Assembly (NCBI RefSeq): GCF_009914755.1
Contig: NC_060941.1
Source of the DNA: the human T2T-CHM13v2.0 reference genome, Homo sapiens
Length of the DNA: 64,000 bases
Reading direction: 5' to 3' (one strand)
Under the pieces are notes generated by a model. That model was not told the origin of the DNA and did no database searches. It worked only from the letters and a program-made list of their open reading frames with translations. The position numbers were made by a program, and so were the translations under genes. Below are positions 1 through 14,329 of the stretch, in pieces. Position 1 is the first letter of the stretch. The number at the start of each line of letters is the position of its first letter.

Positions 1-1020
1 ATGAGCAGAGCAAATTGAAGCTATGCTGGGGTGCAGTTCTGGGTAGCAACAGTAGAATGGGCAGGGGTGGAGGTTAGGTGTCCCTCAGTAGCATGGTAGA
101 AATGGTGGGGTGGGGGGTTGATTTCTGTCTCTCAAACATTTAGAAGGACAGAAGCAGGATACCCTGATAGGGCCCCCTGAGTTGTCTTCATCTTAACCTG
201 AATTTATGGGCCAGTGCTGGCCTAACCTGCTGCCTGTTGGAAAGCCTCGGGAGGGACTTCCAGTCTTATGTTTCCCACCCACTGGCTGTGTTCTAGTGAA
301 TGACTCCTACTCCAGACTCCCCTGCCTGCCACTGGGCTAACCTTCTGGCTGCCCTAGGGACAAAAGAGAGCTGTGGTTTTCTGCTGCGCAAATCAATTCA
401 TTTCTGCCGCAGTGTCCTGGGCAAAGCAGTGTCAGGGTCATTCTCATGAATCGGCCATCATTATTCCTGCAGTGCTGCTCCCTTCAGGTATGTGACAAAG
501 GTCACTACAGAGGACACCTCAATTACTCCCTGCTGAATTATAGGAGCACAAAATTCCTGTTATTAGGGGGCCTAAATCAGCTATCTTTCCCCATGCAGGC
601 CAGGATCTCTTTATCTTGCTTTGGCTCCCCTTTCTTTTCCCTGGGCCCTGAGAGGTGTAGAGTATGGGGGTCAGAAGGAGAGGGTGCTCCTGCTGTCTTC
701 TATTTGCATTTCTAGGAATGTGTCTTCAGAGGTGAAAAGGGTGTTTAAATGTCTGCCTGCCTTCTGCATAAACACCTTAACATGGCTCAAGATCCGGCTC
801 CAGAACATCTTTCTTGCCACTCCCTCTGCCCCGTCACAGCTCCTGAAAGAGGCCATTCATCCTTCTATTCACCCAGGCCATCACCAATGCTTATTGGGCG
901 TGCCTCGTCTTAGGCACTGAGACGAAGAGCTGATGAAGACAGAGTTCCTCCCTCTGAACTCTTCACCGGCCTTCAGTGCTCTCCAGGTTTTGTGCATGTG
1001 GCTCCCCACACTTGGAATGC

Positions 1021-1120
1021 TTTTCCTTCCCTCCCTCCCTTTCTTCCTTTCCTCCCTTCCATCTGTCTTTTCCTCCTTCCCTGCCTCCCCTTCCTCTCCC
1101 TCCCCTCTCTTGCTCCTCCC
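1021..1120. repeat. Pyrimidine-rich (TTCC/CT) low-complexity tract
   Basis: Near-pure C/T run: ttttccttccctccctccctttcttcctttcctcccttcc... Confidence 0.85.
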
Positions 1121-2758
1121 TTGGTGGCACAAGCCACATCACTTAATATTAATCAGACCAGTGCTGGGGGATGGGTGGTGGGGTGGGGAGGAAAGTCCCT
1201 CTAATGATTGACTCTGCAACTGGTAATCTGTTAGACTGTGTGTTGGGGCTTAATGTGTGATTTCATGCATTTTCACGGTCTCTAAATTGCAAATCCAAGA
1301 TTATTTGAAAACATTTTATTTAATTTTCATGCTTTTTTCATCAAAAAAGTTAAAAGAATAATAATCTTTTATGGGCAGTTATAAATGTGCTATTTACACA
1401 CAAGACAGAAATATCTCCCTTAGCTGAGCAATCTAAGTGTGTGCTTAGAGAGGACTCCATAAGAATACTAATGAGAAAAGGCAGAATATGCTTGGAGACA
1501 ACCTAATTCATTCTTCTGGGCAATGTCTCTCTAGGTGGAGCGGGATTCTCCAGGTTCATTCCTCAGCCCTACCAGTCTCCCAGCCTCTGCAGATGGGAGG
1601 GACTTGGCAGTGAGCACGTGGTAGTTGTAGGGCTGCTGTCTGGGCCATCTTTACATCCCTGGAGCTTCGCTTGGTGCCTGTCATGGGGCAGGCATGCAGG
1701 AAATGTTTGTCGAATAAGTGAGTAAACGGCTGAGTGAAGCATTCTCCATACTCTCCCTTGGCAGTCCAATGTGAGAGCTGTACACATTCATTTTTTTTTC
1801 TTCACATCACCATTGGAGAGAGAAGCAGCAGACACAGCTGAGCTCCTGGCTTGGTGAAGGGCATGCCAAGGGGATGTGGGTGCTTGGATGTTTGCCAACT
1901 GTTTTTCACTTTTGTGAGAATCATTATTTACCTATTGCTTGATTCAGAATCCCAGACCTAGAAGGACTTTAGAAACTTGAAGTTCAACTTTTTTACTTTA
2001 TAAGATGAATGACAGAGTCAAAGTGAGGAAACTCCTTGATGAAGGACAAAGCCAGGACTTGAATCCCAGTATCCTACTCGCTCCTAATTAGGTAAAGACA
2101 ATCTTTTTTCCTCATATTATTTCTTTCATCTATGGGTGTGTGCTGTCTCACCCAACTTTTCCCAAATCCTGCACCTTCTGGGATTGCTGGAGATGACAGC
2201 AGCATCTTTTTCCTTCCTCCTTCAACTTTGCACTGTTCTCTCTTTTCTGCATAATGAGTCTGGGGATAAAACACTCTGGAAACCCAAGGAAACTGGACAG
2301 AGTCCTCTACATCCATGGGCCACACATGTGGCTGAAGAGAGATGCTATCCTGTCTCTGCCTGGAAAGGAGACCCAGCCACACACAGAGAAATGGTCTAGC
2401 CGAGGGCTTCTGTAAATGTTGCGATTGGATCCATAGTACCTGATGAGGGCTTTCTCAATCCCATAATTGGCAAAGCCCCAACTGTGACCAGCTGACACGG
2501 TGGAGCGTGTCAGCCAGCAGAGTCCCCTGGCTCATTACCAATCTATGGGATAACGATGACCACCATAGTCATAATCATTATCACCTTAGGCATGGATGAC
2601 AAAGGCACCCTAGGGACTTCTGCTTGAAATGAGCTGCTTCTTAGCCAAACCCTAATCTCCAGAGTGACTTTCTACAGAACTGCAGGATCATGAAACTGAA
2701 AAGGGCCCATGGAGATCATCAGTTCTGGCTTCCCGCCTTCAGGCAGGTCTAACCTTTA

Positions 2759-3420
<662 letters not shown>

Positions 3421-3569
3421 TTAGGAAGGGGAAATTCATCTACGTAGAGGGTGAGACATAAAGAGTACCCAGAATAGAGGTATAAGGAAATGGAAAAAAA
3501 AAAAAAAAACTGAAAAGTATCACTGCTCATTATTGCATGAATTGAGTATATCATAAGCCATGTAATTCA

Positions 3570-3635
3570 ATCAACCAACCATCCATCCATCCAGCCAGCC
3601 AGTCAGCCAGCCAGCCAGCCACCCACCCAACAAAT
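3570..3635. repeat. Compound tetranucleotide microsatellite (CAAC/CATC/CAGC/CACC), probably an L2 tail
   Basis: caaccaaccatccatccatccagccagccagtcagccagcc..., followed by L2-like aaatatttgcagagggtctattatgggcca. Confidence 0.8.
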
Positions 3636-5754
3636 AAATATTTGCAGAGGGTCTATTATGGGCCAAACATTGTACCAGATGTTCAGGGATCAGTTCCCAT
3701 TTTATGCCTATGCCCTTATAGCTTCAAATTCCTCTGTTGGGAGAAGAAACCAGGTTTCCAGGGGCTTCAGCAGGGAACCATCATTGATGAGACTGTGATG
3801 TGGCCCTACATAAGAAAAGGGTTTTCTTAAAAACACCTGTTTACTCAGCCTTTTCTGGGGTACCATTGTTCATCCTAGTCATTTCTCTCCTACCTTGCTT
3901 AGCTCTGCTCTGTAATTTATGTCTCAGTGGCTAATCGGATGTTGTGACACATCAACATTTTAAATCTGATTTATCTGAGGGTTGGAAAAATTGCAGCAGA
4001 TGATTATTATTATTAGATAAGCAACAGGTAATTTTAGCTTGGAGAAAGCACAGACTGTTTATTTTCCCTCCATCTGTCTCCCTTTTTGCGGTTTCCTGGC
4101 TGTGTTGTGGTGAGACACACACCAAAGGGAGCTTGGTGAGTGACAATGCCCAGTGGAGGTAAAAGTCCATCCCTAAATAGAAAAAGTCCCAAATTGAATA
4201 CTGCTGCTCCCCTCAGTGCTATATTCAACATCTACTTTGACATCCTCTTCAGCCATTTAAAAGATAGCTTGAAGCCTGCTCCTGGTGCTGATGCACCCCA
4301 TGAAAGAAAGATGGCTAGGAATATATTGTCGTGGCAGGTAAGGAATCTGTTATGTACCTTACTTCCTGGGTGCCTTGAGCTCCTGGTACCTGGTGAGTCT
4401 GGTCAGCCCTTGCGTTGGGAGCAGACCATTTTGAGCTGATTAAAAATAATTGAAAAATTTCCAAAGTGCACACAGATGATTTGTGGGCTCTAGTGTGTTG
4501 GCTGCGTGGGTGAGAGGATAAAATATGTACTTGGTATAAGTGAGCTTAAGTGGGAAGTTAATGGTGTGTGATTGAGCAGCAATTACAGCCAAATCTCAGT
4601 TCCCTGTGGTCACAGCAAGGGTGGGGGATTTGTGGAGGACAGAGATAAATAAAACTCATAGATAAGCAAGTATCTCCTTTTAGAGAGTAACTCCAGCTTT
4701 TCTACGGCTCAGCTTTTAGCCAGGGTGATAACTCTAGGACTAAACTACCAGGATGTGGGGCTTGTCATATCCCACTCCTGCCCACCCTGCTGGGAAGGGA
4801 AGGCAGAGAGTTCAGAAGGAGGGGAGAACAACTACAAGAGGCTGTGCACCCTTAGGGACCAAGAGCTTTGTTCATCTTACTTCTGGATACCAGTGCCTAG
4901 CAGAGGGCTGGCCTGTAGTACCTCATGCTCCATCAGAGTTTTGAGATGAGTGAATGGTCAGTCACAGCTTAAATAACTCATGGTGGAGTTGATTTTCTGG
5001 GAGTTGATTATATGGAGGGAAGACAGAAATGTTGTGGCTTATTTTGAGATCTAGCAAGAAAGTTTCAGGTCTGCTCAGGGAAAGAATGGCTTCATCCCTA
5101 GGAGCTAAACTGACCTGAGAAGATGCAGGAGCTAGTTATTATCCCTTCACTGACCTCAGGGTCTACAGCCTAAGTTTCTTTCAACAGCCTGTGGGCAAGC
5201 AACTGGGACTTGCAAACCCCAGCTGCTAGTCACGAGCTCGGTAGGAATGAACGTTTCTGTAGGAGCTTGTGAAACACACCAGTAATTTGTTGTTGGCTTC
5301 CCAGTGTATCCGTCACTCTGTCAGCTGTCATGTGCCTGTGCCTCCAGAATGACAGTCACTGACTCAAGTTTTCAGACACATGAGGTAAAGTCAGGACCAA
5401 GGCCGAGACACTCTCCAAAGGACAGGAATTGCTGGGGCAGGCAGGATTTGTGCTGGGAAAGTCATAGGGGGAAGTGAGCTCCTGGACACACATGACAATA
5501 TTGTGACCTATCTACGGCTTCACAGTGAGTGCAGCCTAGGTTGAATGTACAAATTGGTTATCAATGCCATAATCAGGGCTTGATTAAGAGATACAGGAAT
5601 TTGCCCTGTGCTTATGAGTAGCATGGGGTTGTGGGGAGTGTGGGAAGAATGTTTTAAAATGTCATGTACTCCCTTCTTGCCCTCACTTGCTCTCTCCCAG
5701 CTCTATTGGAGAGGCATAGAATGAGTAAGCCATTCTTTCATGAGTATTAAAGTC

Positions 5755-5935
5755 AGGGAAGACTTGGATCCTCTCCTGGCTGGGCTGTTATAAGCGACAT
5801 GAACTTGGGTGAAATCCCAAAGGTTCTCTGAATAATTTTACTCATCTGTAAGATACAACACGAATGTTCAACCTCTGAGTTTATTACTAAACAACAAAAT
5901 AGATGTAAAATACATATCATAGTGTCTGGCATTCA
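5755..5935 (+). mobile_element. MIR SINE
   Basis: gaacttgggtgaaatcc...ctctgaataattttactcatctgtaaga...gatgtaaaa...catagtgtctggca (MIR core). Confidence 0.6.
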
Positions 5936-7177
5936 GAAATCTACTGTTTATTATTCCAGGGTTTGTGATGATGCCAGGAGATACCATTAGAATCTGTGCT
6001 GGGACCAGTTTCCTTTGAGATGTCATGTCAAGTATCACAAAGGCATGAAAGCCTAAAAATATGCTTCCCTGGCCAAATGTCCCTTCCTCTCTTTGTTAAT
6101 GACAAACCAGAGGAGGTTGAGGTTAGTGGCCAGGGATAGCAACATGCCATGGATGCCCCATCCAGCCCCTGCCCAGTGCATAGGTCTGCCCTGATCTGAC
6201 CAAGGGGAGGGTGAGGAAGTTAGGAGGGGGCATGGCATGGATGACCAGGGAGGGTGAAGTGCCTATGGCACGGGGTAATTCTTTTGTGGGGGCGGGGAGA
6301 GGGATCAGTGCCCCAGGTGCCCATTCTTCTGAGTAATAATGATGTCATCATGACAGCCCTGTTAAAATTCCCTGGTGGCAGTTTTGATCTATTGATCATC
6401 TCCATCAGATTCCCAATTCCGATTGGGGCACTTTCTCTAATGATCTGGCCAAAACATCCCCAGGGGCTAGCATGGTGACTGCTAATGTTTGGAACTGCCA
6501 CACATTGCTTTTTTTTAATTTTTATTTTTCTAATTAGAAAAGCAATTTCTTTTTTTATTAAAAAATTTGCATACCTACTTCTCTCTACATCTGCTAAAAT
6601 GTTAAAGGTAATTAGTATTTTTTTTTTAAACAAATTAGAATGTGATTGGTTGGAGATTTTATGTTGTCGTTGTTGACTGTTAGGGAGATGTGGAGTTTCC
6701 TCAGAATGTCATAAAGTCAGTGTGGGTAATCTTATTACCAGGGAGGCTTATGAAGGAACGGGAGAGCGAGAGAGAAAGATGATGCTCAGAGCAATTGTGA
6801 GGAAGCTGGAAGGAGCTATTTAGTGCAGTGCCTGGAGGGGAGAGACATCTCACTTCTTCCTATGTTTACAAGGGGCAGCTGAATGGTGAACAGGACTTTA
6901 ATCCTGTGGGGCATTAGTGAGCCACCCACCCTTCTAGTATTATATCCTTCTGATTTCACTGCATTAGGTGGGTCCTAAAGCCTGTCCCTGGATCTAGCCC
7001 CCTTTTTCTTTCTAGGACAGAAGCTGCTTGAATCCTCAGGCCCAGATGCTCTGAAATGGAGATTATCATTTTTGCATCTCACTGCAGGGGGCCTCATTTT
7101 TCATAAATCTCATGTATATAAAAGGCACCACCCCATAGTTTTCTTAGGCATGGATAGCACCCCTTTTAATATTTCTA

Positions 7178-7393
<216 letters not shown>

Positions 7394-8141
7394 TTAAAAG
7401 GTATGAGGCATAGCACCTGCCCCTACATAAGGGTGAACTGCAAAGTATATTGAGGAACAATTTGGAAGACAATTTTAATTGAAGGGATTTCAGAGGGATG
7501 TGTGTGCATATGTGTGTAAAATGCATGTACACGCACACAAAAATACCCATACATATTTGCAAATGTTTTCTGGTAACAAGCATGCTTTTCATAAGCTCAG
7601 AGCCCATCTGGCTCTGGCTCCATCCCAGGACATTTCCCCTAAAGCGTGTGTAAAGTGAATTTTCCTTATTAGGAACGGAACTGCCCTGTAGGGGTGGATG
7701 TTGTGTCCCTGCTGCACCACCAACAGCTGCCACTGGCAGCCAGTAAATCTTCCTTGCAGCCTCGGAGCAAACAGGGAGCTGTTAGGTCCTGAGTCAGCCA
7801 TGACTGGGATGAAACTGGCCAGCCTGCAAGATGCAGTAGTAGCTGATGGATCAGGCTTCTGATGCACCAGCCTGTCCCGGTCATCTGGTTGTGTAGGACT
7901 TTATTTCCTCCTCATTCAATAAGGATCAGTCCACCTGTTGAGCCTTTTTCCTGTTACTTAATTTTTTTAAATTCATTTTTAAAAATCGTGTATAAACATA
8001 CATATATGTTCAAACAGATGCTCCAGCAATTTTTAGCCACATGATCAAGTTACCCCACATCACTGGGATCAATTGTTTCCTCTGAAAAATGGATATGATG
8101 ATCTTTCCTTAAAATTCATCATCTCAGGGCTGTGATTTTAA

Positions 8142-8469
<328 letters not shown>

Positions 8470-8960
8470 AGAAGCATAATTTTTTAACAAATTAAAATAT
8501 AGAAGTAAAAAACGTGATGCCCCCCCCACCACCTCTTTCTAATTCTAGTCCATGCTATACATACAACTATTAACAGTTTAGTGTACATCCTTGTGGTTAC
8601 TTGTTTTGTGCTTATAAGTCACACAAACACACATAGCGTATAAAAAATAATAAATTCCCTAGTCCACAGTAACTGTTAAAAAAACAGAAAGGGATGATTA
8701 ATAATTATGATTCTGAACTTGATTTTTTAAAATTTAAAAGTAGTTTGTAGCTATCTTTCTAAGCCAATGCATATAGATCTCCCCAAGTCTTCCAAATAAC
8801 TATAGAATTCTCAGTTGCACAAACACCCATAACATATTTAACCATCTTCTCGCTGGCTTTCGTGTTGTTTCCATTTTTTTGTCTCTTATAAACAATGTCA
8901 CAGCAAGCACATCATATATCTTTCTGTAATGGTGTTAGCATTTTCCACAGGCTGATTTGA
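8470..8960 (-). mobile_element. Old L1 (L1ME-like) 3' UTR fragment
   Basis: aactattaacagtttagtgtacatcc, aacatatttaaccatcttctc, gttgtttccattttttg...tataaacaatg. Confidence 0.55.
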
Positions 8961-9137
8961 GAATCCAATAAGGTAGTGCATGTAGAAGTGATTTGTGACT
9001 CTGAAAGTGTAAGAGAGTACTCATTATTGCCAATATCTTGAATTGCATTAAAAAAGGTGATGTTTTAGAAGTTGAGAAATGTGATGATCAAAAAAGATGC
9101 TTTTCCTTGAACTTTGAGAAAAAGAAACCATATCTAA

Positions 9138-9300
9138 CCCAGTGGTTTGCTACCTTCACTGTGCATCCAGATCACCTGGGTGCTTTTAAAGCCCACCTGT
9201 GCCTGTCTATGCCTTCTCACATTCTGATTTAATTGATTTGGGATGATACTTGTATTCATCAAAAGCTTACCAGCTAGAGGGAAGTTGGACTTCAGAACAA
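9138..9300. mobile_element. MER5-family hAT-Charlie MITE
   Basis: cagtggtttgctacctt...gcatccagatcacctggg...attctgatttaattg. Confidence 0.6.
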
Positions 9301-10279
9301 GTGGAACATAATCAATGAACATTAATATCCCATCAATGCCTAGTCAGATGGACAGTACCTTGAATCTGAGAATATCCTGAGCCTCCTGAGGTGTAGAGGA
9401 ACTTCTCATGAAGAGAGCACATGTTACTGCTGCTCTTGAAATATCCTATTTGCTTATTGCTTTTTCACCTATGAGTTTTGCCAGTGGAGATGGATGACTC
9501 TATAGTAGCTACTCTGCCATCAGAAAGGCAACCGCAGGCCAGGCGTTGCTCTGCCTCCGCAGGACTTTTAATCCCCCCTCCCTTGTACCCCCACACAACC
9601 AGGACTTTCTGCAGGTGGAGAAATGTTGCCAGGTGGTGGAAGAACCAGGGACTGGGGGGTTCTCACACACTCAGCACACCTCCCTTCCAGTGCTGAGTAA
9701 GCTTCTAATGAGAACAAAACACACCCTGCCATCTGCTAACTTCTTCCCACTGATACAGGTGACCAACAAAACTGCCAGGGGATGTGCCAGTGCTTCCAGA
9801 CATGCCTTGAAGTTAAAGCATGTTCTGAACAGAGGAGGGACATGAAAGGCAATCCAGTGGAGTGATCCTTCTGTCCAGCTTGCAAGGCAGAAAAAGGCAG
9901 GAAGAAGTCCCCTGGGCCATGGGCTGCCTCTCAGGGTGGGGTTCTTTTGGGAGCCAGGAACTGTAAGAAAGGAGCTGGCAAGTACAGGGCTGAGGCTGTG
10001 CTTTAAGCTTGAGTTAACACATTTAAAACTTTGATCTGAAGTCATGCCTCCTCTCTGTTCCAAGGTGAGTTGGCTAGGATTCTGATATCAGGAGCTTTGG
10101 TTTCTATTAGTAGTTGTTGATGGACTGTCTATTGTGTTAGGTTGAACCACATGAAATTGATCTTTTGCTTTACAAAACTGGTGAATTTATAGTTAATACA
10201 TTCTAGAAATAAAGCTATTTTGAATATGAGTTTTGAGCATTTTCTTTCTGACCCCCAGTCAGATGTTAATAAGATGACA

Positions 10280-10432
10280 GTGTGCGCTCTAGGGATCAGC
10301 AGCAGCCACAGCATCTAGGAGCTTGTTAGAAATGCAGAATCGGGAGCCCCATCCCAGGTCTCCTGAATCAAGATCTGCATTTTCTCAAATTCCTAGTGAT
10401 TTGGATGCACGCTAAAGTTTCAGAAGTGCTGC
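10280..10432. mobile_element. MER5A hAT-Charlie MITE
   Basis: ggagcttgttagaaatgcagaatc...cctgaatcaagatctgcatttt...aagtttcagaagtgctg. Confidence 0.8.
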
Positions 10433-11854
10433 TATAGCAGATACTGTTGGCTGGTGAGCAGAGTCCTGTTTTGTCTGGCTGTTTACCCCTTCTCCACTTC
10501 AATTTGGGTGGGTTAAGGAGCACATGCATCACCTATGTTGGAAAACAGGCTGAGTCCAGATCATAGGACCCCTGGAATGTCAGCAATAGAAAGGCTTTGA
10601 GCAGGGGAATGAGATAATCAGCATGGACTGTAAGAGGGTAGATTGGAGCCAGGAGAAAATAGAGGTGGAGGTTGGGGGGTATTTAATTTCAGATGATGGT
10701 TATTAAGGCAGAGATGTGCTCTATAGACCTTTGCAGTTTACAGAATGTGTATGTTTGTGTGCTGAAGAGGCACCAGGAGATTTCCCCAGGCAACAGAACA
10801 TCTAGGAGCAACAGAAGAGCACAGGAGACAGCTTGACAGTCACCAGGCTTTTTGTTCTCAGCTGTAAGAACACAGTTTGGGCATCAAAGATAACCTGGGA
10901 CCTGTATCAGTTCATGCATGAACAGCAGGTCTTAACCATGAAAAAGTGCTGCTTCCTTTCTACTGCCTTCCAGGTCTTTGTTGGTGGTGATCACAGTTCC
11001 TGCAGCTGTTGCCTTTGCTCTTCCCTAGCCAGGCACAATAATGCTAACCCAATACCCACTAACCACTCACAATATGCATGGGTCCAGGTGGGTCTGGAGA
11101 AAAGCAGGGTTCACTGCTTCTCCTACCATGACTTTGGGCTTGGGGAGCAGCAATGTGCAAACCACATCCTGCTAGGGACAGAGTATCAGATTGGCAGATG
11201 GGTTCTGAAAGTGATGCCTGTGGATGGATTTCTTTTTGCCATGTATAGGTAACACTTTTAAATCTCAACCATATAAAGTCTGAATTTTGAATAACTTAGA
11301 TGGGCCCTAAGCTATACCTTAACTGAGCCCCAACTTTAAGGCTTATGCAGAGTAATCACAGTGTCTGATGTGAAACAGATGATCAATAAGTGATTGTTCA
11401 ACTGTCTGAGCAAGTGCATGATTTGACTAAGACTGCAGGGACAATGAGAGCAAACTCTTCGGGGGCTAATGATGACATGCTAATTAAACACCAAGTTCAA
11501 GTTCAAGAATTTAAGCTATTCATTAAAGAGATGCCTTGAGGGCTTCTGCTAGTTTAGTTGGCATTACCATGTGAAAGGGTTAAACCTGGATTCCTGGAAA
11601 TTATTTAATAATCTTGATTTTTTAAATTAGTTTTAGGCGAGTATCCTCCTAGAGAAGCTTCCTGGAAATGCAAGACTGAGAAATGGCAGGCAGTCTTCCA
11701 GGGAGAATACTACCAGTCTTGTCATGATGCTCCCACATGGCTGGTGCCATGATGCAGTGCATTCTCTATATCTAAGAAGTCCTCCATGATCTGATGTGAC
11801 TTGACTTCTCATCTCAGAAAGGCCACCTCACCTCAATCCTTTACATGGGCCTGG

Positions 11855-12385
11855 AATTCATTTGTTCAAAAAATCTTTGAGGGCCAACTATGTGCTGAGG
11901 TCAATTGGAATAAGACTGAGAAGGTCTTTGTCCTCCTAGAGATAGTTTCAGATGGTGGCAAAGATAGCTTTGAAGGAAACAAAACAAGATTTTGACTTAC
12001 TTACAGATTGAAAGGTAGTAGTGGAAAGAATGGGGGCGAGGATGCAGAAGTGGGGGCAACATTCTGTAGTATGGTTGGTGAAAAGTCTTTGGGTAGGCTA
12101 ACATTTGAGCTGAATCCTGATGACCAGGAGCCAGGTATGGGAAGATCAGAGGGAAGCATATCACTTGTAGAGAACACGGCCAATGCAAAGAGCCTGAGAT
12201 AGGGACAAGCGGCTAGGAATGGCTGGGAAAGGATGAAGGTGGCTCAAGATGGGACCAGTTCATGCAAGGCTTTGTAGACCATGGTGAGGAGCTTTGATTT
12301 TATTCCAAACACAATAGGAAGTCACAGGTGTTAAATAAGAAACCAATTGATCTGATGTGCATTTTTGAAAGATCTCTCTGGTGTG
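11855..12385 (-). mobile_element. L2 LINE fragment
   Basis: attcatttgttcaaaaaatctttgagggccaactatgtgc; gtaggctaacatttgagctga; ggagctttgattttattc; tgatctgatgtgcatttttgaaagatc. Confidence 0.75.
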
Positions 12386-12620
12386 GAGGAGGGCAAAGTG
12401 GGGACTGAGGAAGCCTTGCCTACCCTTCTTTACCTCATAGTTCAGCTGGGATTGTGCCCAATTCCTGCGACTATTTGAGTTCACATTCAAGCACATGCTA
12501 TTTTGCAACTATTCTCTTTGTGTCTTACCTTCTCCAGGACACCTTCCATGAAACACTGTCTCTGAACACCAAGTGCAGCTCCCTTCTGCTCTCATGATGC
12601 TCTCACCCAGGAGGCAAATT

Positions 12621-13127
12621 TGTGATGGTTAATTTTATATGGCAACTTGACTGGGCAAAGGGATGCCCAGACAGCAGGAAAAACATTATTTCTGGGTGTG
12701 CCTGTGAGGGTGCTTCTAGAAGATATTAGCATTTGAATCAGTAGGCTGAGTAAAGAAGATCTGGCCTTATCAGCGAGGGTGGGCAACATCCAATCTATTG
12801 CAGGTATGAATAGAATAAAAAGGTGGAGGATTCTCTCTTCCTTGAGCTGGGGCATCCCTCTTTTTTTGCCCCTGGACATCAGAGCTCCTGGTTCTTGGGC
12901 CTTCAGATTTTAGACTCTGGGACTTACACTAGCGACCACCTCTCTCCCTGTGGTTTGGGATTGGGGATTACACCATCAGCACCTCCTGGTTCTCCAGCTT
13001 GCAGACTGCACATTGTGGGACTTCTTGGCTTCCATAATTGTGAGCCAATTCCCACAATAAATCTCCTCTTATATATCTATGTATATAGCCTACTGATTCT
13101 GTTTGTCTGGAGAACCCTGACTAATCA
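12621..13127 (+). mobile_element. ERVL solo LTR (MLT2C/D-like)
   Basis: Starts tgtgatggttaattttat..caacttgactggg, ends ggagaaccctgactaatca, contains AATAAA; perfect 5-bp TSD AAATT (12616-12620 / 13128-13132). Confidence 0.92.
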
Positions 13128-13254
13128 AAATTCAAAATACTTTGCAACCAAAATGGGATGGGTACCGGGTGATCAGAACAGATGTAAACCATAGACGCCC
13201 AGTACAGTCACATGAGTGCTGAATATCATTGTTAAAGTTAGTCATCATCACCAC

Positions 13255-13435
13255 TTTGGATGATCATTACCAACATTTGTCGAACACCTCTTTGTGTGAG
13301 AGACGATGCCAGCAGAAACAACTCATTTAATTCTTGAAAACTTCTATGAGTTAGTGCCATTATTTCCATTTGAGTCATGGGGACACCAAGCCTCTGAGAG
13401 ATAGTGGCAGAGGTGGGATTGTGCCCAGTTCCTGT
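13255..13435 (-). mobile_element. MIR SINE
   Basis: aacatttgtcgaacacct...ctcatttaattcttgaaaac...tatttccattt...ggggacaccaagcctctgagag...agtggcagaggtgggatt. Confidence 0.6.
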
Positions 13436-14329
13436 GACTATTTGAGTTCATACTCAAGCACATGCTATTTTGAAACTATTCTCTTTGAGTCTGTGTCTAC
13501 TTTTGGGTAAACATCTCAAGGGCATGGATATCCATCATCACATCCCTGGTGATGGGCTTTGGCTCAGAGGAGATGTTGGCAAGCATTTGCTGAATGAATA
13601 CCAATTCTGCATCTCATAGAATCTTAGAAGGGGTCTTAGAGAAAATCAAGGTCTTAGTTCTCAGCCCATGACTTTTAAAAATGAAGAAAATGAGGATCAA
13701 AGAGGAGCTATGTCTTGCCCATGATTATACAGTCATTCATAGATCCAATCATTCAACATGTGTTTATTGAACAACTCCTAAGTAAGGGAGGGTGATATGA
13801 GGAGAAATTGTATTGGAAGGCAGGAGAAGACCATGAAGAGCTTGGCAGGCCAAGGTAGGGGGTCTTGATTCCATCCTAAGGGTAACGAAGAATTTCACTT
13901 ATGTCCTAGAATTTTCTTAGGACCAGAGGCAAAGTTTCTCCTATGCACTTAATTGAAGTGGAAGCCTGAAAACCATTGGCCTTTGGTGACCAGTAACTCA
14001 GCTTTCAAGCTAACAGACAAGTACTCCTCTGTGTTAAATAAGCAGACCTGCTGCAAGCAGGCTTCCAAGTTGACACAAGCCACACTTGTCATAGGTTAAG
14101 CTGGGAGCAGCTTCAGTTGCACAGGTCTCAGAGTTTTCATTTTGTGGTAGCAAGGTGATGCACTAGTGCATGCCGGGGGCTGCTCACTCACCCCTCATGC
14201 CTCAGGAGGGCAACAGGCTGTGTTCTCAGACCTTAGATCACCTTTCTCAGCGTGATGCTCCATTAGCAGAAGCCCTTTTGTGAGCGCAAAAGAGCAGCCT
14301 TGGAACAGAAGACCACACGTGGCGTTCAC

